Below, piece by piece: positions 47,011-56,468 of a stretch of DNA of 64,000 bases (position 1 is its first letter; every line of letters begins with the position of its first letter). The position numbers and the translations under genes are program-made. Below the pieces are notes generated by a model that saw only the letters and a program-made list of their open reading frames with translations, was not told the DNA's origin and did no database searches. Source of the stretch: a virus (Duplodnaviria; Caudoviricetes); the IMG/VR virus record IMGVR_UViG_2896262711_000007, positions 15,784-79,783 of that record, one strand, 5' to 3'.

Positions 47011-48037
47011 CGCTTGCCCCCTCCCCGCGCGCTGCATCCAGCACGGTCTTGCCTGCGTCTGTGAGATCCCACACGCTGTCGCCCGGCTGAATGTCCAGGT
47101 GCTTGGCCTCTTCGGCGGACGCGGGGTGTTGCGCGATCAGCCCCGCTTCCGCGAGCTGCGGCCCACAGATATGGCCTTCGCTGTCCTGCCAAGCATCGAT
47201 CATGTCGGCCGGCGTGCTGATCTCGCTGACCGCGGTGCCCGGGCACCCTTCCCCGCCGCATTCGCCTTCCGCGCCAAGCTCGGTCGCGTCGCCCAGCCAG
47301 CCGCATTGTGAGCAGCGAACCGGCGTAGGAGACCGAGCACCCTGCCCTGCTGCCGTGAGGTTCTCTTGCGATGAGCTCGCGCGGGCTGCTGCAAGGTAGG
47401 CAGCCTTGGCGGCGCGGCTCATGTCTTCCCACATCTCGTGGGCATCGTCCCACATCGGCGGGGTATCGGCAGATTGCAGGGCCCATGCGATACGCTTGGC
47501 CTTCTCGGTCAGATCGTCTGGGCTGGTCGATAGCGCCGCACTCGACACGCCGTCGCCGCGATAGGCGTCCATGCGGCCGGCAATCTGCCGCGCGTCATCG
47601 ACCCTGTCCGAAGCACCTCGATCCGCTTCCCGCAGGCCAGCCCAGCACCGAACAGCCTCAGCCGCGTTACGATCACGCCCCAGCAGGACGAAGAACGGCT
47701 CGCCGGGGCGCAGCTTCTGGAGGCATGGGTTGCCCGACACAGCGGAGAGAATGCTCTCTAACTCGTCCAACTTATCGAGGACGAGGTTGATGTTGTCCTG
47801 GCTTCCTGGACTGGTAGACGCGAAGTGATACGTCTCCTCCAGCGCGGCGCGGGCCTCGGCGAAGGCCGTCTGTGCGCCTTCCGGAAGCGTCGGCGCCGGC
47901 AGGGTAACAGCGGGCGCGGCGGTGAGCGCAGCCTTGATGATCTCGTCGGCCTGGCTGGCGGGCAGGGCGATGCCCAGCCTTAACGCCGCGTCGGAGGCGG
48001 CAACGCACATGCTGGGGCTGACAGTGATAGTCGTCAT
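47000..48037 (-). CDS. Hypothetical multi-domain phage protein
   Basis: PGEPFFVLLGRD module, CxxC..CxxxxC cluster, C-terminal wHTH-like segment. Confidence 0.6.
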   Translation of the reverse strand: MTTITVSPSMCVAASDAALRLGIALPASQADEIIKAALTAAPAVTLPAPTLPEGAQTAFAEARAALEETYHFASTSPGSQDNINLVLDKLDELESILSAVSGNPCLQKLRPGEPFFVLLGRDRNAAEAVRCWAGLREADRGASDRVDDARQIAGRMDAYRGDGVSSAALSTSPDDLTEKAKRIAWALQSADTPPMWDDAHEMWEDMSRAAKAAYLAAARASSSQENLTAAGQGARSPTPVRCSQCGWLGDATELGAEGECGGEGCPGTAVSEISTPADMIDAWQDSEGHICGPQLAEAGLIAQHPASAEEAKHLDIQPGDSVWDLTDAGKTVLDAARGEGASDGL

Positions 48038-48076
48038 GGTTTCATCCTCAGTGCCGATGGCACGGTTGAAGGGGAA

Positions 48077-48502
48077 TCAGCGCCCGCCGGCGAGCGGCGC
48101 GCCGAAGGTCCAGAAGGCAACGGAGCCGGATCGGAAATCCTGGTACCGGCGGGCGAGGGCAGGGCGGATCAGTTCTTCAAGCAGCCAGACCGGGATGCCG
48201 CGAGGGTCCATGTCCATCTCGCGATGGCACCTCGCGCACAGGAAAAGCGCCTGTTCATCGCCAACCTTCAAACCCTGGCCGCCATGCCCTTCCGAGTTCA
48301 GGTGGCAGCCGACCACGCCGACGCGGGAACCGCACCGTTCACAGGGCCGATGTTGGGCACTGTCCAGATAGGCCCGATCCCGGATCCGGACGGGCTCGGC
48401 GATGGTCAGCACCGTCTTGTCGACGTGCCCCCGCGCCCTGCTACGGGTCTTCGACAGCAGGAACTCGGGAGCGTCGACTGGCGTGCGGTTGGTGGGCGGC
48501 AT
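48077..48502 (-). CDS. Zn-binding His-Me-finger (HNH-like, DUF1364/DUF968-type) protein
   Basis: R...YL......PC.RCG, CH, G.G.K..D....LC..CH. Confidence 0.7.
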   Translation of the reverse strand: MPPTNRTPVDAPEFLLSKTRSRARGHVDKTVLTIAEPVRIRDRAYLDSAQHRPCERCGSRVGVVGCHLNSEGHGGQGLKVGDEQALFLCARCHREMDMDPRGIPVWLLEELIRPALARRYQDFRSGSVAFWTFGAPLAGGR

Positions 48503-48504
48503 GT

Positions 48505-50595
48505 TCAGGTGTCGAGGTTCTGCATCGACGTGTCGACAGCCAGAGCGACGGTTACAGGCTGCACCCAGATCGGGTCGCTGGAGAGCAGGAAGCTCTCGCC
48601 GGCCCAGGCAAGCAGAAGCGTCCGGGCGATCACGCCCATCATCGCCGCGGCGGCATCAGGCGGGACCATGTTGCCGATGTGCTCGCGCCACAGGCTGTCC
48701 GACGCGCCCGCCAGTTCCAGGCCCGGCCGGTCGAAGTCGACCAGCGACTGGAGCGCGGCCAGTTCCAGGGTGGTGAAGGGGCGATGCCACGTCCCGTCCA
48801 TGGCGCGGATCACGGCAACGAGCTGCTGGTTCGGGGCGGGCAGAGCTTCCGCCTCGTCGCCGACAGCCGGCCGATGGTCAGCCACGGACCAGCGCCCGTT
48901 GTCGTGCTGGCCGGAGCCGGTCACGGCTCCAGCGGTATCACGCATGTTCAGCACGCCATAGTGACCGCCGGTGACGTAGGCGTCGCGGCCATTCCGGAAG
49001 GCGTCTGGTCGCGGATCGGCGACGGACAGGGCGCCACTCCCCACCCTGTCGGAACCGGTCACCACCGGGGACGATCCGCCCCAGCCGCAGACCTTCAGCT
49101 TGTTCCGGTGCGAGTTCGGCCCGAACCCGGTGCGCGGATCCGCCAGGGCGAAGGCCCCCTGGCCAGTTGTCGAGGCGCCGATCACCGTGCCGGCGGCCTC
49201 GCCGTAGCTGGTGACCCGATACTTGCTTGCGTGGGAGCCGAACGGCGGGCGGCAATCGGCCACCGCCAACCCACCGGATGTCGGACCTTGACCGGCGGAT
49301 ATTGTCGGGGCGGCCTCGTGCCTGCTGACCACCCGGTAGACATTCGCGAACCGAGGCTTGTCTCCATAGCGGGGGTCAGCAATCGAGAACGCTCCGCCAC
49401 CGGGGCCGCCGTTCGCCGTCACTGCGCCAGCGGTCCCTCCCCACGTTTTCACGCCATATTGCTGATAGCAGGCGTGCCCTTCCCGCATACGAGGATCGGC
49501 AACGCTGAAGGAGCCGGTCATTGGGCGCGCATTGCCGGTGACGGTGCCGGGGGTATCGTCCCAGGCGTTTACGCCGAGGATGCCGTTGTGGCAGGCGCTG
49601 AACGTCCGGACGTCCGCCACGGCGAACTTGCCGTTGGAGGGCAGAGACTCACCAGCGACCGTTCCCGTCGCCTCACCCCACTGGCAGACGCCGAGGGCGC
49701 CACCGCGAAGCGGGTGTTCCGGCACGATCCCATAGTCGGTCAGCACACCATCGGTGACGTTTAGCTTGTTCAGCGAGCGCCAGTCCGATCCGGCTTCCAC
49801 AAAGGCTAACCGCACCCAGGTCTTCCATTGCAGATTGGGGACGCGGTGCATCGGTCCGCCCGCAGGATCGCCGGGAAGCGGCAGACGTTCCAGCACCTCG
49901 CCCACGCTGCGAAGGCGGCGTTTGGGCGGTTCATAGAGGAAAGGCGGCACCTTTGCGATGTGCCGGAAAACCATCAGGAAACGCTTACGGCTCTGGGCAA
50001 GCCCGCCGATTTCGCCGCAGTCGTGGACGGTCTCCACCACGGCATAGCCATAGGCTCGCGCCATGGCAGCGATCCGGTCGAGCAGCCGGCGCGACCGCTG
50101 GGCGATCCTTGGCACATTCTCGAACAGGATGAACTCGGGCGGATCGTCCGGCCATGCCTCAAGCGTCAAGAACATGGCGCGGAGCGCCAGTTCGTTGAGC
50201 GCCACGTACTTGGGCGCCTCGCTGGTCTTCGTGCTGATCAGGCCCGAGTTGCCCTTGCAGGGCGTGGACATGAAGACGATGTGCGGGCGCTCGCCGCCGG
50301 CAGCCAGGCGGAAGTCCTCACCGGTCGCCTCACGCCAGCCGGCTGACGGCTCCTGGCCATGGAAGGCGCCGTACTGCCCTCGGTCGAACAGGTCGAGCAG
50401 CGTGCCTTTGACGCCGGTCACCATCTCCAAGCTCGCGAGGGCGACCGGGTCGACATCGACCCCGCCGATGCACCGCGGCGCGGCCACCATGTTGCCGACG
50501 CGGGCGCCGCCGCGGTTGAAGCCCTTGATGCCGCCGCCAATGCCGCAGCAGACATGGAAGTGTCGGATTTCGCGAACATCCATCGCCATTTTCAT
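48505..50595 (-). CDS. DNA (cytosine-5) methyltransferase with 7 tandem ~40 aa repeats
   Basis: Motif I HVCCGIGG, IV STPCKG.S, VI FENVP, VIII QSRKRF, IX RPFTTLELAALQ, X IGNMVPP. Confidence 0.9.
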   Translation of the reverse strand: MKMAMDVREIRHFHVCCGIGGGIKGFNRGGARVGNMVAAPRCIGGVDVDPVALASLEMVTGVKGTLLDLFDRGQYGAFHGQEPSAGWREATGEDFRLAAGGERPHIVFMSTPCKGNSGLISTKTSEAPKYVALNELALRAMFLTLEAWPDDPPEFILFENVPRIAQRSRRLLDRIAAMARAYGYAVVETVHDCGEIGGLAQSRKRFLMVFRHIAKVPPFLYEPPKRRLRSVGEVLERLPLPGDPAGGPMHRVPNLQWKTWVRLAFVEAGSDWRSLNKLNVTDGVLTDYGIVPEHPLRGGALGVCQWGEATGTVAGESLPSNGKFAVADVRTFSACHNGILGVNAWDDTPGTVTGNARPMTGSFSVADPRMREGHACYQQYGVKTWGGTAGAVTANGGPGGGAFSIADPRYGDKPRFANVYRVVSRHEAAPTISAGQGPTSGGLAVADCRPPFGSHASKYRVTSYGEAAGTVIGASTTGQGAFALADPRTGFGPNSHRNKLKVCGWGGSSPVVTGSDRVGSGALSVADPRPDAFRNGRDAYVTGGHYGVLNMRDTAGAVTGSGQHDNGRWSVADHRPAVGDEAEALPAPNQQLVAVIRAMDGTWHRPFTTLELAALQSLVDFDRPGLELAGASDSLWREHIGNMVPPDAAAAMMGVIARTLLLAWAGESFLLSSDPIWVQPVTVALAVDTSMQNLDT

Positions 50596-50867
50596 GCCCT
50601 CGGCGCAACACGGTTGTCGACAGCCGGCACCGCCGCAGGCAGGCGATGACCGATGCCCAGGGCGCCCGTCTGATTCAGGCGGTTGTAGGCAGCAAGGTCA
50701 TGGACCTTGACGAAGTAGACTCGCCCGTCGGCCGGCGGCAGGTCATGCAGCACTCCCTCCACCTCGTATTGGACGATGCGTGGGTAGGCGGTGCGGCCAT
50801 CCGGCTTGCGGACGGCGCCATGCGCTCCGACGCGTACGCGTGGGGCTTGGGTCCTCTGATCACGCAT
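50592..50867 (-). CDS. Hypothetical protein
   Basis: Overlapping stop/start within the operon. Confidence 0.45.
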   Translation of the reverse strand: MRDQRTQAPRVRVGAHGAVRKPDGRTAYPRIVQYEVEGVLHDLPPADGRVYFVKVHDLAAYNRLNQTGALGIGHRLPAAVPAVDNRVAPRA

Positions 50868-51123
50868 GGCCGGCCACCCCCACAATGACGCGGGCGCCGG
50901 AGGCCAGCTCCGCCGCGAGTTCCCTGGCCTCGATGCCTCGCGCCCGGCAACGCAGCTCCTGGGCGGTTCCCTGATCCCCGTCGCTGAAGAGTATCGCGGC
51001 CTGCGCCCGGAACATCGCCGCGAGCGCCAGCCAACCAGCGCGGTTCAGGGAGCGCTCACCTCCCCCAAGAGGTAAGGATTGAGGTTGGTGCGCAAGGGAA
51101 GATTGCCTGATCATCTGGGGCAT
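50860..51123 (-). CDS. Hypothetical protein
   Basis: GAGGA RBS; ends in AHA* overlapping the next start. Confidence 0.5.
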   Translation of the reverse strand: MPQMIRQSSLAHQPQSLPLGGGERSLNRAGWLALAAMFRAQAAILFSDGDQGTAQELRCRARGIEARELAAELASGARVIVGVAGHA

Positions 51124-51323
51124 TCCTCGTTGAATGAAATCAAAGCTCTACTGTTGGCGCACAAACATATCGTGCGCCTCTGGTAGAATGGATTGGATCG
51201 GGTGTCGTGGCTTGATCTGCCGATATTCTAAGGCGTTACTAGGAGTGAATGGCAGTATCTGTTTTGCAGAAAACACATCTTATTTCAGTTACAGCCACTC
51301 AGTTCGAAATTTTCCCTTGGATG

Positions 51324-51818
51324 TCAGGCCGCAAGGCTGTCGCTCTTCTTGGCCGTGCGCTGCTCTTCCCAGATCCGCGCTTGCAGCGCTGCATCAAGCC
51401 GCGCGATCACCTCGCTCGGCGCCTTGGTGACGTTGATGACCGGATTGTCGCCCTTGCCATCGCCGCGCCACGCGCGTGCGAAGTACCGTCCGTCGGGGTG
51501 GCGTCCCGACATAATGCCCCAGCAGTCAGACGGGTGTGGAACCGCGCCCTTGTCAACCACGGGCGGGCGGGGAAGGGCGGCGGACGCGCCTTCCAAGTCC
51601 TCGGCATAATGGACCGGCAGCCATCCGCTGACGGACTTCTTCTTGCCGGGTTCGGTCATCGATGGACCGTACAGCTCATAGACGCGACGGCTAATGGAAT
51701 CGCCATCCCCCAAGCTGTAAGCGACGATCCGGCTGAGCTTGAGACCGGTAACGGCGCCGGCGCGCACGGACGCCAGGGCCTCTTCCAGGGTCGACGGGTG
51801 TTCGGTAATGCTGCTCAT
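51324..51818 (-). CDS. Hypothetical protein
   Basis: ATGA coupling; GGAG RBS. Confidence 0.55.
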   Translation of the reverse strand: MSSITEHPSTLEEALASVRAGAVTGLKLSRIVAYSLGDGDSISRRVYELYGPSMTEPGKKKSVSGWLPVHYAEDLEGASAALPRPPVVDKGAVPHPSDCWGIMSGRHPDGRYFARAWRGDGKGDNPVINVTKAPSEVIARLDAALQARIWEEQRTAKKSDSLAA

Positions 51819-52318
51819 CGCATTTCTCCGGTGCGCTTCCAGTGCTGGAAGTCTTCGTCGAGCGCGGCCCACGTCCGGCCGGCATCGGGGTTGGTGGCGA
51901 GTTCGCGCTTCCGGTCGACGCCACAATGGAGGCACACGGCGTCGGAGGCGTCGTCGAAGCTCATGATCGGCTCGCCGAATAGCGCGGTCAGAAACTCGTG
52001 GAAGCGCGGGTTGTTGCAGAGCATGCCGGCCTGGGCAGATGGCAGCATGTCCTCATATGCCTGTCCCGGCCGCCCGATGGTGGCGACGAACCGGCGGCGG
52101 CGCGGCGTGTCATTGTCATCCAGCTCGACCGCGACCAGTAGGAACCGGGTGCCGGGCGGAGCCGACAGCAACGCATCCGGACGGTCGTTGGGGTGGAAGT
52201 CCAGCGAGACCCGGACCCCGCCGTCGGCATTCTCCCGCACGCCATCATAGGCCAGCCGGCATTCCAGTGGCACTGCGGCCTCCCGGACCATGGTGGTGAT
52301 GGTGTCATCTTGGACCAT
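51815..52318 (-). CDS. Hypothetical phage protein
   Basis: AG.LC..P.F..FL, V...CGV..K.EL..N..A...W motif. Confidence 0.6.
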   Translation of the reverse strand: MVQDDTITTMVREAAVPLECRLAYDGVRENADGGVRVSLDFHPNDRPDALLSAPPGTRFLLVAVELDDNDTPRRRRFVATIGRPGQAYEDMLPSAQAGMLCNNPRFHEFLTALFGEPIMSFDDASDAVCLHCGVDRKRELATNPDAGRTWAALDEDFQHWKRTGEMR

Positions 52319-52668
52319 CAGCCATGTACCCGGAGTGCATCGAGGTAAATGCTGGCCGTCTGGAGGCGACTGCCATGCGCCATTGCTAGGTAAGCGAGGG
52401 TTCCAATTAGGGCATCCAGTTCTGCAAATGTTTGGATTGCACCTGATGGGAACAGGGATGGACCGTCCACAATGGGATCAGTCTTCACCGCGCGCATTGC
52501 GCTTGGGAGAAGCTCCCGCGCATCGTCGAGACGCGCATTGCGGTCGGCATCCGAGAGGTCGCTCCAGGCCACACCACGGTGGAGGAGTTCGCGCTTCACG
52601 ACGCGCTCCAGCACGTCGACGGAATGGGATGGGCCGCAGTAGGGCAGGGCGGGTATCGGCTTATCCAT
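52318..52668 (-). CDS. Hypothetical protein
   Basis: TGATG coupling. Confidence 0.5.
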   Translation of the reverse strand: MDKPIPALPYCGPSHSVDVLERVVKRELLHRGVAWSDLSDADRNARLDDARELLPSAMRAVKTDPIVDGPSLFPSGAIQTFAELDALIGTLAYLAMAHGSRLQTASIYLDALRVHG

Positions 52669-53101
52669 GGGCGTGGGCTCCAGCCGGTGCAGTGCCGGCT
52701 GCTTGAACGGGAGGGCAGGGGAGGACGGTGTCACGCTTGAGCGTTACCGGGATCTGCTTGAGCGCCGGCCGCAGCTCCGCTTCCTGGCGCTGGAGGTCAT
52801 CGTCCGGCATCCACTGTGACAGGCCGACAATCCGCGCCAGTTCACGGTCGGCAAAGTAGCGCAGCGTGGCGGCGGTCAGCGCCGGCAGGGTGATCATCGA
52901 TCCACCGGAGCCATGGGTGATGGAGCGGGTGGCCTGGGTGACAGCGACAACCAGATCGGTGGCGTCCTGGGCGTAGCTCTCGTGCGCCCCGAGTTCCAGC
53001 CACGTCACCATCCGGGAGTGCTCGCGTTCGGCATAGCGCAGGATGGTCGTCAGCGTCTCGACCGGCAGGATCACGGAAGAGGGGAGGGGGGCCTCAGGCA
53101 T
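52661..53101 (-). CDS. Hypothetical protein with internal duplication
   Basis: ILPVETLTTILRYAERE vs TLPALTAATLRYFADRE. Confidence 0.5.
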   Translation of the reverse strand: MPEAPLPSSVILPVETLTTILRYAEREHSRMVTWLELGAHESYAQDATDLVVAVTQATRSITHGSGGSMITLPALTAATLRYFADRELARIVGLSQWMPDDDLQRQEAELRPALKQIPVTLKRDTVLPCPPVQAAGTAPAGAHAHG

Positions 53102-53843
53102 GGGTCGGCTCCGGTTCGGCGACGGTGTCGACCGTGGCGCCCAGTGCGGGCGCGTGCTCAGCCGGCGCGGGGGCGGGGTGGCGCTCGACCGCATTGAGCA
53201 TCAGGCCGTGCAGATCGTCCTCCAGGTTGTTCGCGCTGACCCATGCGCTGACTGCCGTCCCGATCTCCGTGCCCAGCACTGGGTCTGCCTGCAATGCTCC
53301 GACCAAAACATCCGGAACTTCCCAATCCTCGTCCGGTGTCTCCCCGGCCTCTACCTTGTCGGCGAGGTCGGTCGCCCCCTGGCGACGCAGCGCCGAGCCG
53401 AGAGCGGCCCTGCCAGCATTCCCGACCGGCTCTCGGCTGATCCGGTTGCAGGCGTCGGAGAACTCGCCTTCGAAGTCGCCATCGCCGTTGGCCGCCGTGA
53501 GGGCGTCGATCAGCCAGTTGCCGAGATGGCCGTCATTCCACAACCACTCGGCCGCGGCCTCGGCGAAGTCCGGATAGGTGACCGAATAAGAGATGGTCTC
53601 GGCGGTCTCGAAGGCGGCGCCACCGGAGTTCGCTGCCGCCTCGGCTATGGCCTCAGCGCGGGAGGAGAAGCCTGTGGCCCAGTATTGCCGGCCGGACAGC
53701 AGGTAGCCGAACTCGGGTGCAGGCACCGCAATTCCGACGCCGGCCGTCGTGCTGGAGGAGTTGATGACCACCGGCGCGAGCGCTGCGGCGATGGGGGCGG
53801 CGGCAAGGCCGCGCAGGAATCTGCGGCGAGAGACTTCAAGCAT
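53094..53843 (-). CDS. Acidic protein with Tat-like N-terminus
   Basis: SRRRFLRGLAAAPIAAALA. Confidence 0.6.
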   Translation of the reverse strand: MLEVSRRRFLRGLAAAPIAAALAPVVINSSSTTAGVGIAVPAPEFGYLLSGRQYWATGFSSRAEAIAEAAANSGGAAFETAETISYSVTYPDFAEAAAEWLWNDGHLGNWLIDALTAANGDGDFEGEFSDACNRISREPVGNAGRAALGSALRRQGATDLADKVEAGETPDEDWEVPDVLVGALQADPVLGTEIGTAVSAWVSANNLEDDLHGLMLNAVERHPAPAPAEHAPALGATVDTVAEPEPTHA

Positions 53844-54303
53844 GGGCGTACCCCTCCGCCTGGGCAACAGCCACGCGCACCGCTTCCGGCACCGGGAAGA
53901 AGCCGAGAGCGCCCTTACACAACACCGGGTTCTTTAACGCGACCGGGTTGCGGAGTTTGAAGCCGACTGGACCGAAGAACCACGGGCTGTCGCTGTCGGT
54001 GACGCAGTCGACCACTTCGACCATGCCGGTGATCCGGCCGAGGCGGGGCGTATGGTTGAACAGGTCGTGAAGGCGACCAGCCGGCCAGCCGCCGGGGAGA
54101 GTGCGCCGGGCAATTTCGAGGGCCGTGTCTCGATCCTCTGCGACCTCGTCTCCCTTCCACCACGAACTGGTGTGGATGAAGACTAGCCCGCGGAAGCTGT
54201 GCGTCCGGTTCCGGTTCTCGATGTCCTTGCCCATCTCCAGGATGGCGAAGTCCCAGGGTGCGCGGACGCTAAGTGCGCGGGCGGGGAGGTCACGCAGCAG
54301 CAT
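53836..54303 (-). CDS. ASCH domain protein
   Basis: ALSVR.PW...I..GKDIENR, IH.S, G.I.G.V...DC, S.WF.G..G..L, KG.LGFF. Confidence 0.85.
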   Translation of the reverse strand: MLLRDLPARALSVRAPWDFAILEMGKDIENRNRTHSFRGLVFIHTSSWWKGDEVAEDRDTALEIARRTLPGGWPAGRLHDLFNHTPRLGRITGMVEVVDCVTDSDSPWFFGPVGFKLRNPVALKNPVLCKGALGFFPVPEAVRVAVAQAEGYAHA

Positions 54304-55021
54304 GAGGCTTCTCCATGGCATCGATGTTGGTGCAGTGGGGGGCGAAGGTCAGCGCGATCACCCAGGGGTTGGCGTCCCAGGCGTCGGGGCCGTTGATGCT
54401 GTCCCAGAGGTCGTGGTACCAACCGCGCGGGTCCATGCCGGAAAGTTCCTCGTAAGTTTGAGCCGGGCACCCTTCGGCGAGCGCGTCCTCCTCGCTGATG
54501 TCCTGGAGGCGGTCGACCTTCACTCCTTCGATGATCAGCGTCAGGCGGGAAGCCCAACGGGGCATACAGCTGGCGGAAAGGCCACCGCGATACTTCCACC
54601 AAGGTGCGAGGTTGAACTCATGCTCATTGACGACATCCTCGTCATCCGCAGAGTAGCAGGCGCTCTCGACGCCATTGGTCGCCTCGATCCCGAGAAACGA
54701 CGCGGGACGGCGCCCCAGGCGTTCCCGCACCCACAGCCGGTCGCCAGCCGCAAACCCTATGTGCGCCAGCCAGTTCGTCCGCGGCCCGACCTGATAGCTG
54801 AACGCCGATGCCGTCCAGTGCCAGATATCGCCATCCAGGCGGCGGAAGTCCGCGGCTTGGTCGAGCGCTTTTCCCAGGTCCGCACCACGCATCGTATAGG
54901 GGTGGCTTTCGGGATGCTCGGCCGTCCGCACGCTGGTGATCGGAATCCGGTGCTGCGTCTTCGTAGCGGCCAGCAGCGCGCGGACATCCACGGCGCGCAT
55001 GTTGATGGGGCGGTCAGACAT
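54290..55021 (-). CDS. ASCH-like phage protein
   Basis: PI.M....VRALL...KTQ.R, GDRLWVRE, MPRWASR.TL, RLQDISE.DA.AEG, W.SING...W.ANPWV. Confidence 0.8.
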   Translation of the reverse strand: MSDRPINMRAVDVRALLAATKTQHRIPITSVRTAEHPESHPYTMRGADLGKALDQAADFRRLDGDIWHWTASAFSYQVGPRTNWLAHIGFAAGDRLWVRERLGRRPASFLGIEATNGVESACYSADDEDVVNEHEFNLAPWWKYRGGLSASCMPRWASRLTLIIEGVKVDRLQDISEEDALAEGCPAQTYEELSGMDPRGWYHDLWDSINGPDAWDANPWVIALTFAPHCTNIDAMEKPHAAA

Positions 55022-56468
55022 CACAGTCGTTCCTCCAGGGCCGAGGAATGCGCTGCCACTGGTCATTCCCATCGCGGAACCACGTACCGGGCAAGGTGCA
55101 GTCCTGATCGGGATGGAGACGACCGGACAGCTGCGCAGCCGCGCTTTCCAGCAAGGCGGCAAGCGGCCGATGGATCGCGTCGGCGTTCTCCGCCGTGTCG
55201 GGCCGGTAGCAGTGGAGGTTCTTCTTCACCCAATGGGCCATATTCAGCAGGTCCATCGGCGTGGCCGGCGGATACTCGCGCTCAGCCGGCCTGGATGGAG
55301 CATCCTCCGGCATGATTGCCCCTGTCTTGTCCAGGTGCTGGATCGCTGCTCGCAGAACCGCGGTGTGCAGGTCCTCCGGCCGCTGCCGGGTGAAGCACTC
55401 GACCGCAACTTCTTTCATCATCTGCGGCCGGCTCCAGGTCGGACTCTGGCGAAGGGCGTCGAAGATGCGGTGCCCCAGGATCACGCGGAGCGCGGCATCC
55501 ACGTCCGCGAGCGTGTAGCTGACGGCTGGCGGCGCGCCCGATGCCGGATAAGAGGGATCAGGTGCATCCGTCTCCGGCGACCCCATTGCATCGGTGGGGA
55601 GTTCGACCTGCGGCAGTTCCTGCACCCGCTGCGTCTCCGGCAGGAAAATCCCGACATCCGCATCGACCCACACCGGAACGCCCGCGCCGCGGCACTGGGC
55701 GATGATGGTCTCCACCCATGAGGCCTGGGGAGACGGCCCGTCCGGCGCCGAGACGATCACCCAGTCCGGTGATCCTTCCCAGCGGCTGCCGACCTTCAGG
55801 GCAAAGACGCCTGCCTCCGGCTCATAGAGGCCGAAGAGGTCCCGCAAGCTCACCTCATCCAACAGCCGGAGCCGCAGGAAGCGGTGGGCAGTCGATACCT
55901 GGGCAAGGTGCCCCGCGTGGTCGACCTCGGACTGCATCCGGGCTGTCGTCCCGATCCAGACGTTGGGCAGCGGCCACAGGTCGCCGCGCTCGATGCGGTC
56001 GGAGATGTCGCCCGCATTCACGCGGTCGTGCGCCCATTGATAGGCCGTTCGCACCACCTCGCTATGAAGACCCGGCCCGATGTTGGATGCGGCCATCACA
56101 CGGCGCGCTGCCAGCAGGTGTCGCGTCTCGACCATGAAGACGTGCGGGCCGCTCAGGTAGTTCGGCCAGCGGATCGGAATCTCCTTGCTGTCGGATGCAG
56201 TCCAACTACCGCGCTGGGTGAATCCGTCCTGGGGGCCTTGGAACTTCCCGACGGCACCGGCCACCGCCATGACGCCGAACACCTGCGCTTGATGGCCTGC
56301 CGGATTTCGGACGGGCATCGCGAAAAGGTCGGCACCCACGCTGAAGACGGTCGGCGCCTGCCGGTTCAGCGGAGTGGCGAGGTCGTCGTCGAGATCCCAA
56401 TGCACCCAGGCGTGCGGTGACAGGTCAGCCATCAGAGCCGGTTTCTTCGGGGGCGGTGCATCACGCAT
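55014..56468 (-). CDS. Degenerate DUF5131 (Gp37/Gp68-like) protein with C-terminal extension
   Basis: P...[17 protein letters not shown]...I..QC...GVP; the N-terminal Cys triad is not seen. Confidence 0.6.
   Translation of the reverse strand: MRDAPPPKKPALMADLSPHAWVHWDLDDDLATPLNRQAPTVFSVGADLFAMPVRNPAGHQAQVFGVMAVAGAVGKFQGPQDGFTQRGSWTASDSKEIPIRWPNYLSGPHVFMVETRHLLAARRVMAASNIGPGLHSEVVRTAYQWAHDRVNAGDISDRIERGDLWPLPNVWIGTTARMQSEVDHAGHLAQVSTAHRFLRLRLLDEVSLRDLFGLYEPEAGVFALKVGSRWEGSPDWVIVSAPDGPSPQASWVETIIAQCRGAGVPVWVDADVGIFLPETQRVQELPQVELPTDAMGSPETDAPDPSYPASGAPPAVSYTLADVDAALRVILGHRIFDALRQSPTWSRPQMMKEVAVECFTRQRPEDLHTAVLRAAIQHLDKTGAIMPEDAPSRPAEREYPPATPMDLLNMAHWVKKNLHCYRPDTAENADAIHRPLAALLESAAAQLSGRLHPDQDCTLPGTWFRDGNDQWQRIPRPWRNDCDV

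Noticed and set aside
51124-51323. AT-rich gap with a GGCGCAC-N9-GTGCGCC inverted repeat and + strand ORF 51134-51430
   Set aside because: Could be an internal promoter/operator, but a single instance without support; the ORF looks spurious.
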